Assembly (NCBI GenBank): GCA_009914755.4
Contig: CP068257.2
Location: 36,736,001-36,800,000 of the forward strand
Source of the DNA: the human T2T-CHM13v2.0 reference genome, Homo sapiens
Length of the DNA stretch: 64,000 nucleotides
Direction of reading: 5' to 3'
Shown piece after piece: positions 23,539 to 36,770 of this stretch. The translations under genes and the position numbers were made by a program. A model generated the notes under the pieces. That model was not told the origin of the DNA and did no database searches. It worked only from the letters and a program-made list of their open reading frames with translations. Numbering within the stretch: the stretch's first letter is position 1; every line of letters begins with the position of its first letter.

Positions 23539-26500
23539 GACCTGACAGTGTTGGTTTAAAATCCAGTGACCATTGCATAGTTCCACTTTAAAATGCCCTA
23601 TGTCACATTAGTGTGAATGCACAGAGGCACAGACAGGCCCAGGGTCTCAGGTTAGAAAATATGATGAGGGGAGGGGTTTCTTCTAAAGAGAACTGTGGAA
23701 TTGTCGGATGTGAATCTGGGCCTGTTGTTCGTTTCTCGCTATGCATGTTTCCATGGGACGGACACTCAGTTGTTACTCTCGCTCTCTCCCACCACTTCCG
23801 CTCTCTTTCACAGGAAGAGGCGGGTCCTACCCTGATGGAAACCGGTTCTGGTCTCTGTCCAATGGGAGTCGCTTCCTGTCCTGCACCTTCCCAACCACAT
23901 CAGTGAAAGGGTGGAAGTGCTGGTCTGCCCACTGCAGGCTTAACCCATGTTCTTCCTACTAGGAAAGGGACGTTTCCATTTTCATCCACCTGACTCCCGA
24001 GTTGGTTGCAAAGATAGAAGAAAGGAACAGCCATTTATTCTCCTGGAGGCAGGCCCTGCCGGACTTGAGAGGGCCTTTCCTCTGACCCTAAGCATCAGAG
24101 CGGATGGAGACAGAAAATCCTGAGGCCGCTGTATGGTGGGTCTCTTCACAGCCATGGGGCCCAGCCCCACTCGCCTCCACCAGGTTATGGCCCAGCAGCT
24201 GGGACTCCGTCCAGAAGAGCACCTGCAGCACGTATCCTGTGTTCTCCATCAAAGCGGCCTGGAGTCCGCCTGCGTCCCCAGCAAGCAGCACTCCCGCCCT
24301 AAAACCAAAGGGCGCAGCAAGGAAATGGGAGGGCTGCGCTTTGCTTCCTGTCTGATAACTACCAACAACCGGGCTTCTGCCCAGCATAGCTAGATAAGGG
24401 GAGGGCACTCCATTTGACATGCCCTGAAGACTGTCCAAGCGATGGCTTAGGAAGGCCATTCCAATTTCAAGTCCTGAAAGCTGTAAGATTTTTCTGTGAC
24501 TTAGAGTGATTTATAACATAGTTTAACCTCTCAAAGCTTCACATCTGTAAAATATGGATAAAACTATCTCAAAGCGGTATTGTGCAAGTTAAATGAAAAA
24601 GATAGTGTATGCACATTGTTTGGCACTAAGCTATTATTATTATCAAAAGTAGTAGCAATTAGTATTATTGTTTAAAGGAGAAAATGATATCCATTGGGAG
24701 GCTCCTCTTTGGACCTGAAAGCTTAATATCTGGAATTACTTAGAACTGGAATGCCAGCCTCCGCCTCCTGCCAGCAGCCTGCTGCCAATTCTGATGAGAC
24801 AGCTTAGAAACCATTGCCCTGATGCCATAGAAAAGAAGAGGACAGCTAGCCTTTTCCTTTCTCTTCACCCTTAATTTAAAAAGGTTGGGCAAGTTACACA
24901 TCCACCCACCTCCAAACCTTTCAAACAAGTTTCAGTTATATTCTTGCCGAGTAGAAAAACCAAAAATTAATAAGAGACCTTACTTAAAATAAAAAGTTGT
25001 TAACATCTTGATACATCCTGGCTTTCCAGTTAAGAGACTTTACAGAATGGTTCGTGACTTCTACACCAAATTCTTTCTTGTATATTTTGTCTACACCCCA
25101 CCCCTTCCTTAGCCTCAACCTCATGAGTGCAAATGGAAATCAGCCCTGGCTCCTGGCATCCCACGACGACTTGGAGGTGGAAATTGTTAGTCTGGAGTGG
25201 GATTGAGGGCCCCTGAGGCAGACTGACACTCTTTCAGCTGATGCATGTCTAATGCTGAGCAGGCTGTGACCAACCACCCTCAGGACATGTTTTTATGCAA
25301 GTGTGCTGTAGGGGGTGGTCTTCCTCATAAGTGAGAAAACATGAAAGCAAAGTTCATTTATCCCATCAGTTGGCTGCTTCTCACCATTCACCTGGGCCCT
25401 GCAGTGCTGAGAAAATAGGATGTATTTTAATCTCCAAGCAGACTGGACTCCAATCAATTTAGAGACACAGAGCCACAACATAATTCAATTTGGGGTGATT
25501 CCACTGTCTCTGTAATGTCTAAAGCCCTAATGTACTGCTGACTCTTAGGACAAACTGGCACTGATCAAGAGTGAGGCCACTAAGCCATCACTGATTTCAG
25601 ACTCTCACCCCTGACTTTCTATGTATGGACAACACTTAATATTTCACAGAACCCAAGTTGCACTGGACCGAAGAAGACCTAAATAGCCATGTAGTCCATG
25701 TGCTGCCAAACACCTGGCAAATAGTTGCATGGTTGTTAAATAAGCACACCTCATATCCAGGAACTCCTGGACAAAGGCTGACCATTCCATCTGGACCTCC
25801 TCCAACTTCTAAAAAGCTTTCTCTTGAATTTGGCCAATGGGCATCCCTGCTGAGCCCACCTTTAGTCCAGATGTTACCTTTCTGGATGTTCATTCATGCA
25901 TATAGCTGCAAACGTTTTCCAACAGCTTGATATTGCTAGGCACTGTGCTGGGTCCTGAATCAATGGGTGATAAGGGTAATCCCACTTTCAGCAGAGACAC
26001 TGACAGCCCCTACTTGACATGGTCCTGGGTTCTCTCATTCCCCTTGTCTCTCCCCACTGAACCTGCACTAACTGTCCTATGTCCCTCTTTAAGTGTAGGC
26101 CCAGAATTGATGTTGCAGTCTAATGTATAACAAATAAGTCCTCGTTTGTGACCTGTTTCAGAAAATGCAACCTAAGATTGGGCAGTCATGTCACCTTCCC
26201 GTTTAATTTTCTGTCCATATGAGGCAAAATAGCTTAAGATTAAGAAAAAGCTTTTGGAATTAACTAGCCCTGGAACAAGCATTTGTTGCACCTCTTACGC
26301 TGCAGAGCTGGGCAAATTGTTCAATCTGTCAAGACATTTTTTTAAGTGTACCGTAGGGGCAGTTGGAAGGAGTAATGAGGCAGTGTGTATACAGCACCTG
26401 ACCTAGTCATGGCTCATTAAAAGCTGCTATTCTACATCTCATTGCTGTCATCTCCAAAACGCTGAAGTCTTTTCACATGTGCTGCTGCTCCATCAAACTC

Positions 26501-27153
26501 CCAGATGTTTTGGGGAGGACTGGATGGAGGTCCTAACACCTTCAAGATCTAACCCGTCACCTCAGCCTGTTCTTTGGCATCCTGGATGTGTCACATAACC
26601 TATTGTCATCTCAGCCCCATGGCATTTGGAGCTGAGATCAGGATAGCTTCTGTATCCTCATCTGAGTAAAGTATGACCAAGTAAGTTCAAGGGCCGCAGC
26701 CTGGGGTTTAATCCTGCGACCTCCCTTCTAGACGAGCATCCATTTTTTAATTAGTACTGTTTGGCTGTGCTTATTCAATGAGTCATGAGTCATAAACTTG
26801 TAACATCTCCAGATTGTTTTATGAAGTCATATCAGGATGAAATTCTGCCTACCTACTATTTCTGTATTATCTTCTTTAGGAAACATGCCATGTGGCTACA
26901 GAACATGAAAAAACCATTTTTTTTTTCCATAAAGTTTCTACATATAACATGCTTCCTGCAGAAGTTTGTAATTCACATATTCTAGCACTAATTATAATCA
27001 GGTAATATTATGACTTTCTCCAACAGAATAATAGTTTAACATTTTTTTGTGAGAAGATAATGATGTTTTACTCAGTAAAATGAGTTTAAAATTACAAGTT
27101 AGAAAAGTTTATCTAGTTGTTTCTATATAGCATTAATCTGGGCTGCTTTGTCA

Positions 27154-27388
27154 AAAATTTATTTTATTTTTGAATCAGGGTGTCACTCTGTCACCCAGGC
27201 TAGTGGCGTGATCACAGCTCACTGCAGCCTTGAACTCCTGGGACTGCAGTTGTGCACCACCATGCCCGGCTTTTTGTATTTATTTATTTTTTTGTAGAGA
27301 CTGGGTACTCTCATGTTGCCCAGGCTGGTCCCGGGCTCAAGCGATCCACCCGCCTCTGTCCTTCAAAGTGTTGGGATTACAGGTGTGA
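27154..27388 (-). mobile_element. Alu SINE (older, AluJ/S-like; 5'-truncated with internal deletions)
   Basis: The poly-T-rich head aaaaatttattttattttt is followed by gaatcagggtgtcactctgtcacccaggctagtggcgtgatcacagctcactgcagccttgaactcctggg...gtagagactgggtactctcatgttgcccaggctggtcccgggctcaagcgatccacccgcctctgtccttcaaagtgttgggattacaggtgtgag. Confidence 0.85.
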
Positions 27389-27472
27389 GTCAACAAGATT
27401 TCTTTAAACCAAGGTTAAAACATAAAAAGAAGGCACAGAATTTGGTGTATTTTTGAGTAGTCCAAAGTAATT

Positions 27473-27478
27473 TTTATT
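27473..27478 (-). terminator. ERG: Polyadenylation signal AATAAA (distal of two tandem hexamers) for ERG
   Basis: tttatt on the plus strand equals AATAAA on the minus strand. A CA cleavage context follows, and a U-rich downstream element lies at about 27420-27445. Confidence 0.6.
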
Positions 27479-27500
27479 CTCTAATTAGTCACCTCACGAC

Positions 27501-27506
27501 TTTATT
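27501..27506 (-). terminator. ERG: Polyadenylation signal AATAAA (proximal of two tandem hexamers) for ERG
   Basis: tttatt on the plus strand equals AATAAA on the minus strand. It sits 28 nt upstream (in the mRNA sense) of the second hexamer. Confidence 0.5.
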
Positions 27507-30500
27507 TGAATGAATTAATGAGAAGCTAAATAAACTAGCTTTTTAAAAAATATTTTCTTCTCTTTCTCCAGGCAATGGGTCACTTTGGGGCGCTGCAGAA
27601 CATCTGTGCTTTCCCTGTGCCCCATCACCTTCCCAGCTCCTGAGCTGTAGCCATCTCTGCTGCACCTGCTGTCAGAGGGCAGCTCCTCCGGCTCCTGCTC
27701 CTGGGTTGCAGGTGCCACATCTGTGCAGAAGGCTTAGGAGAAGCAGTGAGCCTTCTAACTGCAGCAGTCCTGACAAAGCACTTTGTGAACCCCTCCGGGA
27801 CATAAGGGCATCAAACTAGGAACAAAAACACAGTCTTGACTGTGATTTGGTGATTTTACCACATACAAGGCCCGAAAGCCAATTGAAGACAAGAAAAGAA
27901 GACAAATCTCTTGCCAGCAGGAGTAAGATTGTACAGGAGTCTGAGTATACATCAGGGCAAGCCAAGAGACAGGGACAAACAGAGAGAAAAGGTTCATGCA
28001 ATTATGAATATGACCTGGAGGGGGCTTTGGAATTAGATTACAACAGTAACAGAGAGTTAATGCCATTTTGAAACAATTTAAGAATTATGTATTTGAAGGA
28101 ACTCAGTATTATCATGTTATCCAAAATTATCCCAGTTGCTCATAAGACTTGCTAATAACCTGGATTGGGGGTGGAGGGTTGAGGGATCTAATGGAAAACA
28201 TCTGTTAAAATTGGATAATCATGTCTTGTTTTTATGATCTTGCTCATGAGACAGTCTTGAAGAGAGAACTGAGTGATTATCCAAGTAAATGTGTATTTCT
28301 ATGAAGAATGTAGGTGTGTCTTGACTTTGCATTCCAAAATAAAAATGACTGATCTTTTCCATTAGCACAGTTTGGGTCAGCCTAACTGCCAGCTTTCATG
28401 ATTGTATTTATTTATTTTCCCTAAGGAGATACGGGCACTTTGTGGGCCTTCCCAGGCTGCTGCAAAATGATGGATGGTTGGGCTCCGTCTAATCCAAATG
28501 ACACGGGGTGTCAGGAGCATTGGTAATCGTGTCCTGCCGACTTCAAAGCCCACTGCCAAAACATCCACAGCACAGAGGTTTGGCAACTTCACATAATCAT
28601 AGCAAAAGGACTGCAACGTGAAAAAAACAGGCCCTGAAACAGCTATGAAAAGGGCCAGTTCAGAAACCTATTCAGCTAAGATGTTTCGGCTAGCGCCTTC
28701 GCACGGTCACCTTGTATTTTCACCTTTTGAGTTGCCTTCACCTGGACCAAGGTTGGCAGCATTTGTGATTCAAAGAAAAGATGCCCAGGGAAACTGACTC
28801 TAGATTATGGAAATAAACATTGTCTTCAAGGGATAGCCAGCAACATCAGGCTCAGGGCTAGCGAATCCCAAGCCACAGTGCCCAGGTAACTCTGATGTAG
28901 CAGGACTAAAGCTGTCTACCTAGTGAGAGCTCCTGAAAGAGAAACCCCGCAGCAAATCTAGACGTTATCCCTTGTTTCTGTAAAGTGAGAAATTGCAGCT
29001 ATCCATGACGCTTTATTTGCCAGTAATAATACAGTTTGCCTTACGAGTGGTAGCTTGTTCACTGTTCAACAAATGTATTTTAATCATAGCAGGAATTAAG
29101 GGTGATTTGTGACCAGGTGCTGAACTAGAATTTCTCAATGACAACCCCAGCTTCATAGGCCTCTTTCCATTCCAGGCATAAATATGGAGGCTCCAATGTG
29201 AAACCCGGGGTCCTTCTGTTCCAAAAGGGGCTAGAAATAAAAGACAGGAGGGGAGGCAAGAAGGACCTGGAGAGGCTGACGCCATTTGGGTGCCAAACAT
29301 CCTATTTCCTTGGCTCTCCCTTGCACAAGTTCCTGGACAAAGTAAATTATAACACAAAATCCACAACATTCAGCACATGTTTTCATTAAGCAACTTTAGT
29401 CACTAAAAAAAGTGCAAATGCAGACTCCTGTATAAATCTGATTTGCCATGCTAGGCCAAGCTTATTTTATTACATACATTCTGCATTCTAAGAACTAATA
29501 ACTTCATATTGTAAACATTAAGCATACAGAGTTAAAATTCAAGGCCACATTATATCGATTGTCTCTTTTGTCGTGTGTCTTTGGCTGGCCGAGATCAACT
29601 CGTAGTGTATAAATGCATAAGTTATATAATTATTATATAAAAAGGGGGAAAAACATTGACTTGTATACTTCATTCTGACAAACGCACAGCGTTCGCGACT
29701 CAAAGGAAAACTGGAGGCCGCCTACCCAAAATGCCTGCGTGATTTCTGATTGTGGCAGCCAAGAAGGCCATCTCTTACCTGACCCTGTGGAGAACAAAGC
29801 CCCCACATAATGATGAGGTCCTGAATGTTTCTCTTAAATATCAGACAATTCCAGTTAAAATTTTCATTTGACAAACAAAGAAAGAGATGCGCATTTTTGT
29901 TTCTGAATTCTACTACTTCCCCTTTCTCCATTACGCTGTGTCCTTTCTCCTAACACTGGGTTTGGTATAACACTGACTGCATGAACCCTCGAGTCTCCAT
30001 AACTCATTGTACACAGTCCCCAAATGTCCTGAGTCCAGTCTTCATTGCTTGAGAAGTTTCTTTCCCAGCCCTGGTCTCCTCCTTCTCTGCCTCTTCCTCC
30101 TCCTTCTTCACCCCTCTGTCTACAATCACACGCTCACTCTATACACATCCTCAGTCCCACCTTTTAGTTCATAGTCCCGGTAATACTGTAAAGGAGTTGG
30201 AAACTTTGGGTCATCTTCACAGTTTGAGAAAGCTGACAGCTGTCCATCAAACGGAATGTATTTGATTTCAACCAAAACAGCACATGCCATGCAGTTGCAT
30301 ATCAACGTCTGTTGATGGGCCACAGTCTCTCTCGTGTCTTTTCTCTTGTTTTTGATATGTTTCTATTTTTAAATACAGGTAGTTTTCCTTAAAATGGCAT
30401 TATAAACGGTATGTTAGGTCAAAACTGTGTTGTTTCTATTGCTTTAGTTTCATCCCAGTTTGCATTAGTGGGATTCCAAACTCTACTCTAAAGTTTATAC

Positions 30501-30811
30501 ATTTCTTAAGACCACTTTCTTTGGCACTTTGTCCTTAAGACTTCATGCTTCTACATACACTGTCTTTTACAAGGTCAGTCCACAGATGATATGTCCATAT
30601 TCGTGACATTTTTAGCATCCTCCTCATTTCTGTAGTAAGACTTCAGTAACTCCCTCCCAAGAGTCTTTGGATCTCTTCCCCGGCTTCCTTCCCCAGCCCC
30701 AGTAAAGCTTTTTTCATTCCTCTTGAGGCACTTTTGATTCATGTTCTCCGATAGAGTTTGTGGCGATGGGCTGGTGAATGCACGCTGATGGGAAAAGCCT
30801 CCGCCAGGTCT

Positions 30812-31332
30812 TTAGTAGTAAGTGCCCAGATGAGAAGGCATATGGCTGGTGGGGAGCCTAGTGTTGGGGTATATACCCCCAGTTGGTGAATTCCAGTATG
30901 GGTTTGGGGCAGCAAAAAAACTGGAAGATGTCACGGGGAGGGCTGGAGGGTGGGGCGCCACAAAGTTCATCTTCTGTGGGTGGGCGTGATAGGAGCCCAT
31001 GTACGGGAGGTCTGAGGGGTACTTGTACAGAGATGACTCCGGGGGGTGGGGCTGGAGGGCCTGGGCGATCCCGTGGAAGTCGAACTTGTAGGCGTAGCGC
31101 TTCCCATGGACCTTGGTCATGATGTTCTTGTCATAGTAGTAACGGAGGGCGCGGCTGAGCTTATCGTAGTTCATGTTGGGTTTGCTCTTCCGCTCTCCCC
31201 AGCGCCGGGCCACCTCGTCGGGATCCGTCATCTTGAACTCCCCGTTGGTGCCTTCCCAGGTGATGCAGCTGGAGTTGGAGCTGTCCGACAGGAGCTCCAG
31301 GAGGAACTGCCAAAGCTGGATCTGGCCACTGC
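30812..31332 (-). CDS. ERG: ERG terminal coding exon (ETS DNA-binding domain plus C-terminal transactivation region). Coordinates include the stop codon TAA at 30812-30814.
   Basis: Minus-strand translation reads ...[173 protein letters not shown], identical to the human ERG C-terminus as I recall it. The acceptor is cctcattag|GCAGTGGCCAG (AG at 31333-31334). The exon starts in phase 1. Confidence 0.95.
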
Positions 31333-34300
31333 CTAATGAGGTCAGGAGAGGAAGGAAAACTCCAGTGAGCACAGGTTCCAGGGGAAAGAGGCTCTCTGTG
31401 ATGACGGAAGGAGGTGCTATTGGTGTGCCGCCCACATTCCCTTCACCAGGCCTGTCCGTCCATCCCTCAGCTGCAGGGGTGCGGACTGCTCTCGTTCCAT
31501 GGCCACCCACTTCTCCAGAGAACTGCCCTTGCCTGAACAGAGCCGCCGCCTCGCCCACCCCCAGGTATCCCACAGCTGGGTGGACTGAACGGGGTACCAC
31601 GGGCCGGCCCCCTTGCCTCAAGGAAAGACCAACTCCATGACGCTATTCAGGCTTCAGGGCTCCCGTGGGATTGGGCTGAAACAGCGTCCAGCTGCAAGGA
31701 GGCTTGGAGGAGGCCAGAAACTTCCTTAGCGCTGCCCCTGCAGCACTTCCCATTCTCTCTCTCCTGAGAACATGCCGTTAATCAGTCACCTGCACAAGCA
31801 GGCTTACCCCAAGCTCTGCATCAAGGGAACCCGACCTAGGACGATGATCTAACAGATTCAAGACCTAGATGGAATGCAGCGAATTCATATGGGGCAAAGT
31901 TCAGGCTGCTTCCATCCATTTCTGACGTCCTTAAAAGAACAGCCAGATCAACCTGGTGTTTAGGGGATGAAAGAGCTATATATTTTTTTTTCCTATTTTG
32001 TGAAGCACAAAGTACTGTTATGTGGATGGCAATAATGACTTAATGCCATTTATATTGGCTAGGTCAAGTAAGATAATAAAAGTTAGATTTAGGAAATGAA
32101 CTTCTAAAAGTTTATGGAAAAAAATCGAGAATGGAAGTAAACACCATTATTTCTAACATAACATTTTGCTGGCGCTCAGAAAGCAATTCTGTGAAAACTT
32201 TTCCTAGAACAGAATTAACCCACTCAAAATGAGGAAGTTTAGGAAAAAAAAAAAAAAAGCTGGCTCTTTTTCAAACCAGATCACCCAGTTCCAGTATTTG
32301 GGCAAGCGCATCGTAACGGAAACCAGTGCCTTGCCTGTGTGCTGCAACGCCAATTGTGTTAAGCAGCATTTCCAGAAGAAAAACCCCAACAATGAGTGAT
32401 TGCAAGTCCCCTTGGGAAGCTGAATGAGACTCTTCCTTTGTCAAAGAGATCACATTTAGCTGGGTGGACAAAGTCAGAATTTTCTTGATTTCATTGAAAT
32501 CATACAGATACAGCTTTGTTTTATGAAATTCAAAGAAAAATCTAGGCACATCATTCTAGCTGCTATGTTACAATACTTGAAGATAGTTTATGGCTCCCTA
32601 GAAGACAGCAGCATGTAAATATTGACAGCAGTATCCGTACCAAGAGAAGCTAAGCTGTGCTGAACATATTTCAGAAGCTTAAGAACAGATGGGAGGTGGG
32701 TCTTTCCTCCCAAATTCCAGTTACAGCACTGCCTTAGACTTATTACCAAAAGATTACCTTTTATTATAGTGTAAGTAATATCAATCGATGTGATAAAATG
32801 ATTAAAGTAACTTTAACTGACATCTACTCAGGGAAGTAATATACTGTAAAAATCAATTTTACGTTCATTTTCTTCTAAATCCTCGCTAGCCTCCTGTACA
32901 TATCACCCAACTTATAAACTCTGCTTTGCATGTTGGCTACATGGACATGGATATTTTTGTGAATTTATCCATACAATAGCACTGTGAGAAAGGTCAGCTT
33001 TTTCTGAATCTATGCTGGAAAGTGCTCATTTTCAGTCTAGCAACACATTTGAAATGTATTAACAGCTTGTAGCTCATTGAAGTGGAAGCCTTTGCTTTTT
33101 CAGAACCACATATACAAACTGTTCCCAATCAAGTTTTGTTGCCTCCAACATTTTATTAATATGCATTTAGAAAATACAAAGAATGGTATGAGAAAACCAT
33201 ATGGTCTTAGTATATATATTGTAACCAAAAAATTACAACTTGAAAAAATTCCGTATATGACCTGGGAATAGGAAAAGGCATGGATTTTTGATTTAACAGT
33301 CTAACAGATGCTTCAATATAAACACATACGGTTGTTTGAAAATAAATATTCAGCGTCAACTTTCTCCCATAGAGAAAGCAACTCCACAGACCTGCCGAAA
33401 TCACACTTGGAATCTACTCAAACCTTGGCATTGCCTCTTAGCAATTTGTCCCTCACCCATTTCTCTTATAAACGTGTGTAGGACAGAATCAGTGGACAAA
33501 AGTGATCTCATGTCTCTCCTATTTCTGAAGAGTTAGAAAGCAGGGGACCTAAATTTGTGGCAGCAAACTCTATGCCCAAAGGATGGATGAGCTAATTTCT
33601 CACTTGACTATTTTACCCAGTAGCCATAAAGACATAGGGCTCAGGACTGTGAGAATTTCAAGGGAGGGTCTATAGAAATAAGAGAACTGTAAGCAAAATT
33701 CATCAGCTTTCAAACCTTGAAAGAAACCTGGAAATGCAAAATCAATGAATGTTTAAGTAAATGGTAGAAAGAGTAACATCATGTCAAACTCATTAATTGT
33801 TAAATTTAATATTTGTAACAAAATTCGCTGCATTTTGCAGTGTGTAGAACAAAATTTCTCACTGCAAGAATTCTCAAAAATGAACAATGGTTGTTAAAAA
33901 ATTGTCAGTGGTAAAGGAATTATTCTCAGTCATAAAATTTTAAGAGCAATTTTTAAATTCTTATTTTACTTCCAAAACAATAACATTTAATGTGTGACGA
34001 GGTGCATTTTAGAATATAGAATAGAGATTTCCAAACAAGAATGCTTAGGGTTTAGGAAAGCCTAAAAGTGGCTTGGGTCACTCATGGGCCAAACCAGGAT
34101 TTACAAAGAGAAGTTCTTGAAAGACAAGAGCTTTCATTGAGTAGCATCACCACCTCTACCTTAGGACTCACCTTTCTTGGGTAAACCCTTCAGATCTATT
34201 TTTTTTTTTACTCTCTCTTAATAACATCCTTGCGATGTCAGTAAGGAGGAACTAATTTTTTCTTAGGGTAATTACCAAAATAAAACATATTTGGAGGTAA

Positions 34301-35179
34301 AAAACAGTGGCAAGCAGCATTGTCCACCTACAGAGAACCCTGTGGGTGAAAGGGAGCGGCTGTGGCTTTTAAGAAGACAGAGGCACTCCTTTAATTTTAC
34401 AGAGGAAAGTAATCTCCTAATATTGTTAAAAGAAAGGGAGAGAAACAGGGTAGCAAAGGGGTACAGACTGAGCAAAAAAGGGGGAAAAAAAACTAAACGG
34501 TTTACAAACCACAGAGCAAAGCAGAGAGCTGCAGAGTGAGTCAGCAGCTGTGTCTGGTGGAAACAGCATCCTGGTGCAAAGCCCTGCAGCCGTCAGCTGA
34601 TGAACAAGGGCAGTAAATACAGCCGTGAGGGGCCCCACCAGTACCATGTGGCAGTGGTTTGGGGCCACTTTCTCTAGAAGCCAGGGGTGGTGCAGAAGAT
34701 CCCGTGTGCATGGCCTGGACCCTCTGCAAGGCAGCAGGTGTGTCCAGCAGGTGTGTCCTGAATGGAAGTCTCTGCCCCGAGGCTCAGTGAGGCTCAGGCA
34801 CCACTTACTGGAGGGGCAGGAAAGCATGGTGGTAGGGAGCACCAACTTTGGAGTTGCCACTGCTTCAGCTGAATCCTGCCTCTGCCCTTTGTGGGACGTT
34901 TGGCAACTCTCGCAGCTCTCTCTGCCTCAGTATCGTCATCTGTAAAGTGGGGGTGATGGTAATAGTACTATCTTGCAAGATCATGGTAAGGATGAACTCA
35001 GTACTTGAATGGTCTTGTCAGAATTTCTTTGGGCTGAAAATCAGAGTTTAAGGAAAGACAACACTCCTCTCCTATAGCCAGGAAATGCCTAAAGAAAGAG
35101 AAATACTGTTCAATTGGCCTATTGAACCATGAAGAAGCTTGAAACGGTGCTATTCTTGGGCTGACTGATATCCTCTGAA

Positions 35180-35400
35180 AGCTTACTGTATGCCATGCAC
35201 CATTCTAAACGCTTTACATGTATTGGTTTATTTAATCCCCACAGGAATCATGTGATTAGTCCATTGGAGAAGTGACGAAATTGGAGCTTAGAGAGGTAGA
35301 CTGACTTATTTTGCTTAGCGTTGGCAAGGGTTGAAATCCAGACTCTAGGCTGCCATGCTTAATCACTGCGCAAACTTGCTTTCAGGCCTGGTTTATGCAC
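35180..35400 (-). repeat. MIR SINE
   Basis: cttactgtatgccatgcaccattctaaacgctttacatgtattggtttatttaatccccacaggaatcatgtgattagtccattggagaagtgacgaaattggagcttagagaggtagactgacttattttgcttagcgttggcaagggttgaaatccagactctaggc is the reverse complement of the MIR consensus. Confidence 0.8.
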
Positions 35401-36589
35401 ACCTCTGTAGCCTCCTCAGGTCCTTTCCATGTTGTCCCCTCCCTGGGGGACTCCCACTGGAAGACTGCACACTGCCACCTCCTAACAAATGGGAAAACAT
35501 CCCTAGCCTGGTCTGTCGTTCTGCAAGAGGCAGGATGTATTTTCATGTGCACCATTGAAGAGTATCCAGTTAGCATCAAGGAAGCCTCTGAACATAACCC
35601 ACCAAAGCTCTTTCATTAGAGGAACCATGTTAGATAGATTCTCAGCTGCTCTGATGGGATGTAAAGGAGCTGTGTTGCTTATAACCGATCCATGATATCA
35701 GAATGCAGGGACACACTGTTCTCAGCAGGAAAAGTGATGTCCAAAGTACACATCAAGTGAATATTTGGGATAGAGATGTTGGGATGCTGACATCATCCTG
35801 TGCATTCATACTATATGATGCAATCTTTCCACTTAAAATGATGAAAAGGAATTTGTATTGTATGAAGAGCAAAGACAGCAATTTTTAAGTGATGAAAGAT
35901 TTATTTATCAGAGAATAGAAAAATAGAATCAAACAGGAAGAAGCATTGTCATTAATACAAAGATAAAAGACATTCTGGTTTCAGGGGAAAAGTTCACATG
36001 AGCACAACAGACACAAACCTAAAGATAGATGGAGAGAAAGTCAAATTCATCAGAAACTAAATGAAATAAATCTTTATCTTAAAGTCACTTGCCTGCAAAT
36101 CAAAGATGGGATGTTGCCATTTTCTCCAGGCCCATTAAGAACAGTCTTAATGGTATGAAGCACAGTCCTCCTTCCCCAGGCCTGTGATGAGTTTCTGGTC
36201 TCCTTGCTCTGAGCTCAGGTCCCTCTATCTACAAAGGGCATCCCCGGGCTGCTGGGCCCAGGGCATATGCAGTGTTCCCTTGTGAAAGCTGGCACTTTGC
36301 TTAGGAGCAAGTGACTCAGGCCCTATTCTACAAACAAGCCAAGCAGTACCTTTGGGCTGTGACAACGTGGTCATGGACATATATGTTTCATTTGGCCAAT
36401 GTGTGAGTGCAAAGGCCAGTTTGGTCTTCTTTGGTGCAGCTTGACTCTTTCCTCCTCTTCCTTCCTGACCTCAGATTCATCGCCTGCACCTAAGCAGTTA
36501 TGACCCTGAAAGGAAATCCTTGCTTTCTATTCTCACAGTCCGCATTTTGTAAGACCTCCTCTTCCCTTCATACTTAGTCAGTGGCAGAG

Positions 36590-36770
36590 TAGGGCAAGAA
36601 AACAAAAGTAGACTTTGCAGACAGAGTCAGGTTTCAAACCTGACCTCCCTTATCATTGGCTGTGTGACACAGGAAAAGTTACTTAACTTCTCTGGACTTC
36701 TAATTCCTTTTCTGTAGGATGGAGATAGTAACCTCCCAGGGCTGTTATGAGACACAGAAGGGACCACAGA
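36590..36770 (+). repeat. MIR SINE
   Basis: cagagtcaggtttcaaacctgacctcccttatcattggctgtgtgacacaggaaaagttacttaacttctctggacttctaattccttttctgtaggatggagatagtaacctcccagggctgttatgagac. Confidence 0.75.

Larger units (their letters stand above)
27452..30811 (-). other. ERG: ERG 3' untranslated region (roughly 3.36 kb). The 3' end is approximate, about +/-30 nt.
   Basis: The UTR is contiguous with the terminal exon stop codon. The inferred end lies 15-25 nt downstream of minus-strand AATAAA hexamers (plus 27473-27478 and 27501-27506). A CA dinucleotide and a U/GU-rich stretch follow. This length is consistent with the roughly 5-kb ERG mRNA and roughly 3.3-kb 3'UTR that I recall. Confidence 0.7.

Noticed and set aside
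30883-31640. Three plus-strand ORFs (79, 96 and 155 aa) antisense to the ERG terminal exon
   Set aside because: These are the opposite strand of a GC-rich, codon-biased coding exon. Antisense frames of real CDS are typically stop-depleted, and the translations are proline/glycine/arginine-rich with no similarity to anything.
32229-32402. A 57-codon plus-strand ORF with a Lys5 run (MRKFRKKKKKAGSFSNQITQFQYLGKRIVTETSALPVCCNANCVKQHFQKKNPNNE) in a CpG-containing stretch of the ERG intron
   Set aside because: It is short. The lysine run is simply a genomic A15 tract, and there is no similarity to known proteins. It is most likely chance, and it would need PhyloCSF or Ribo-seq support to be taken seriously.
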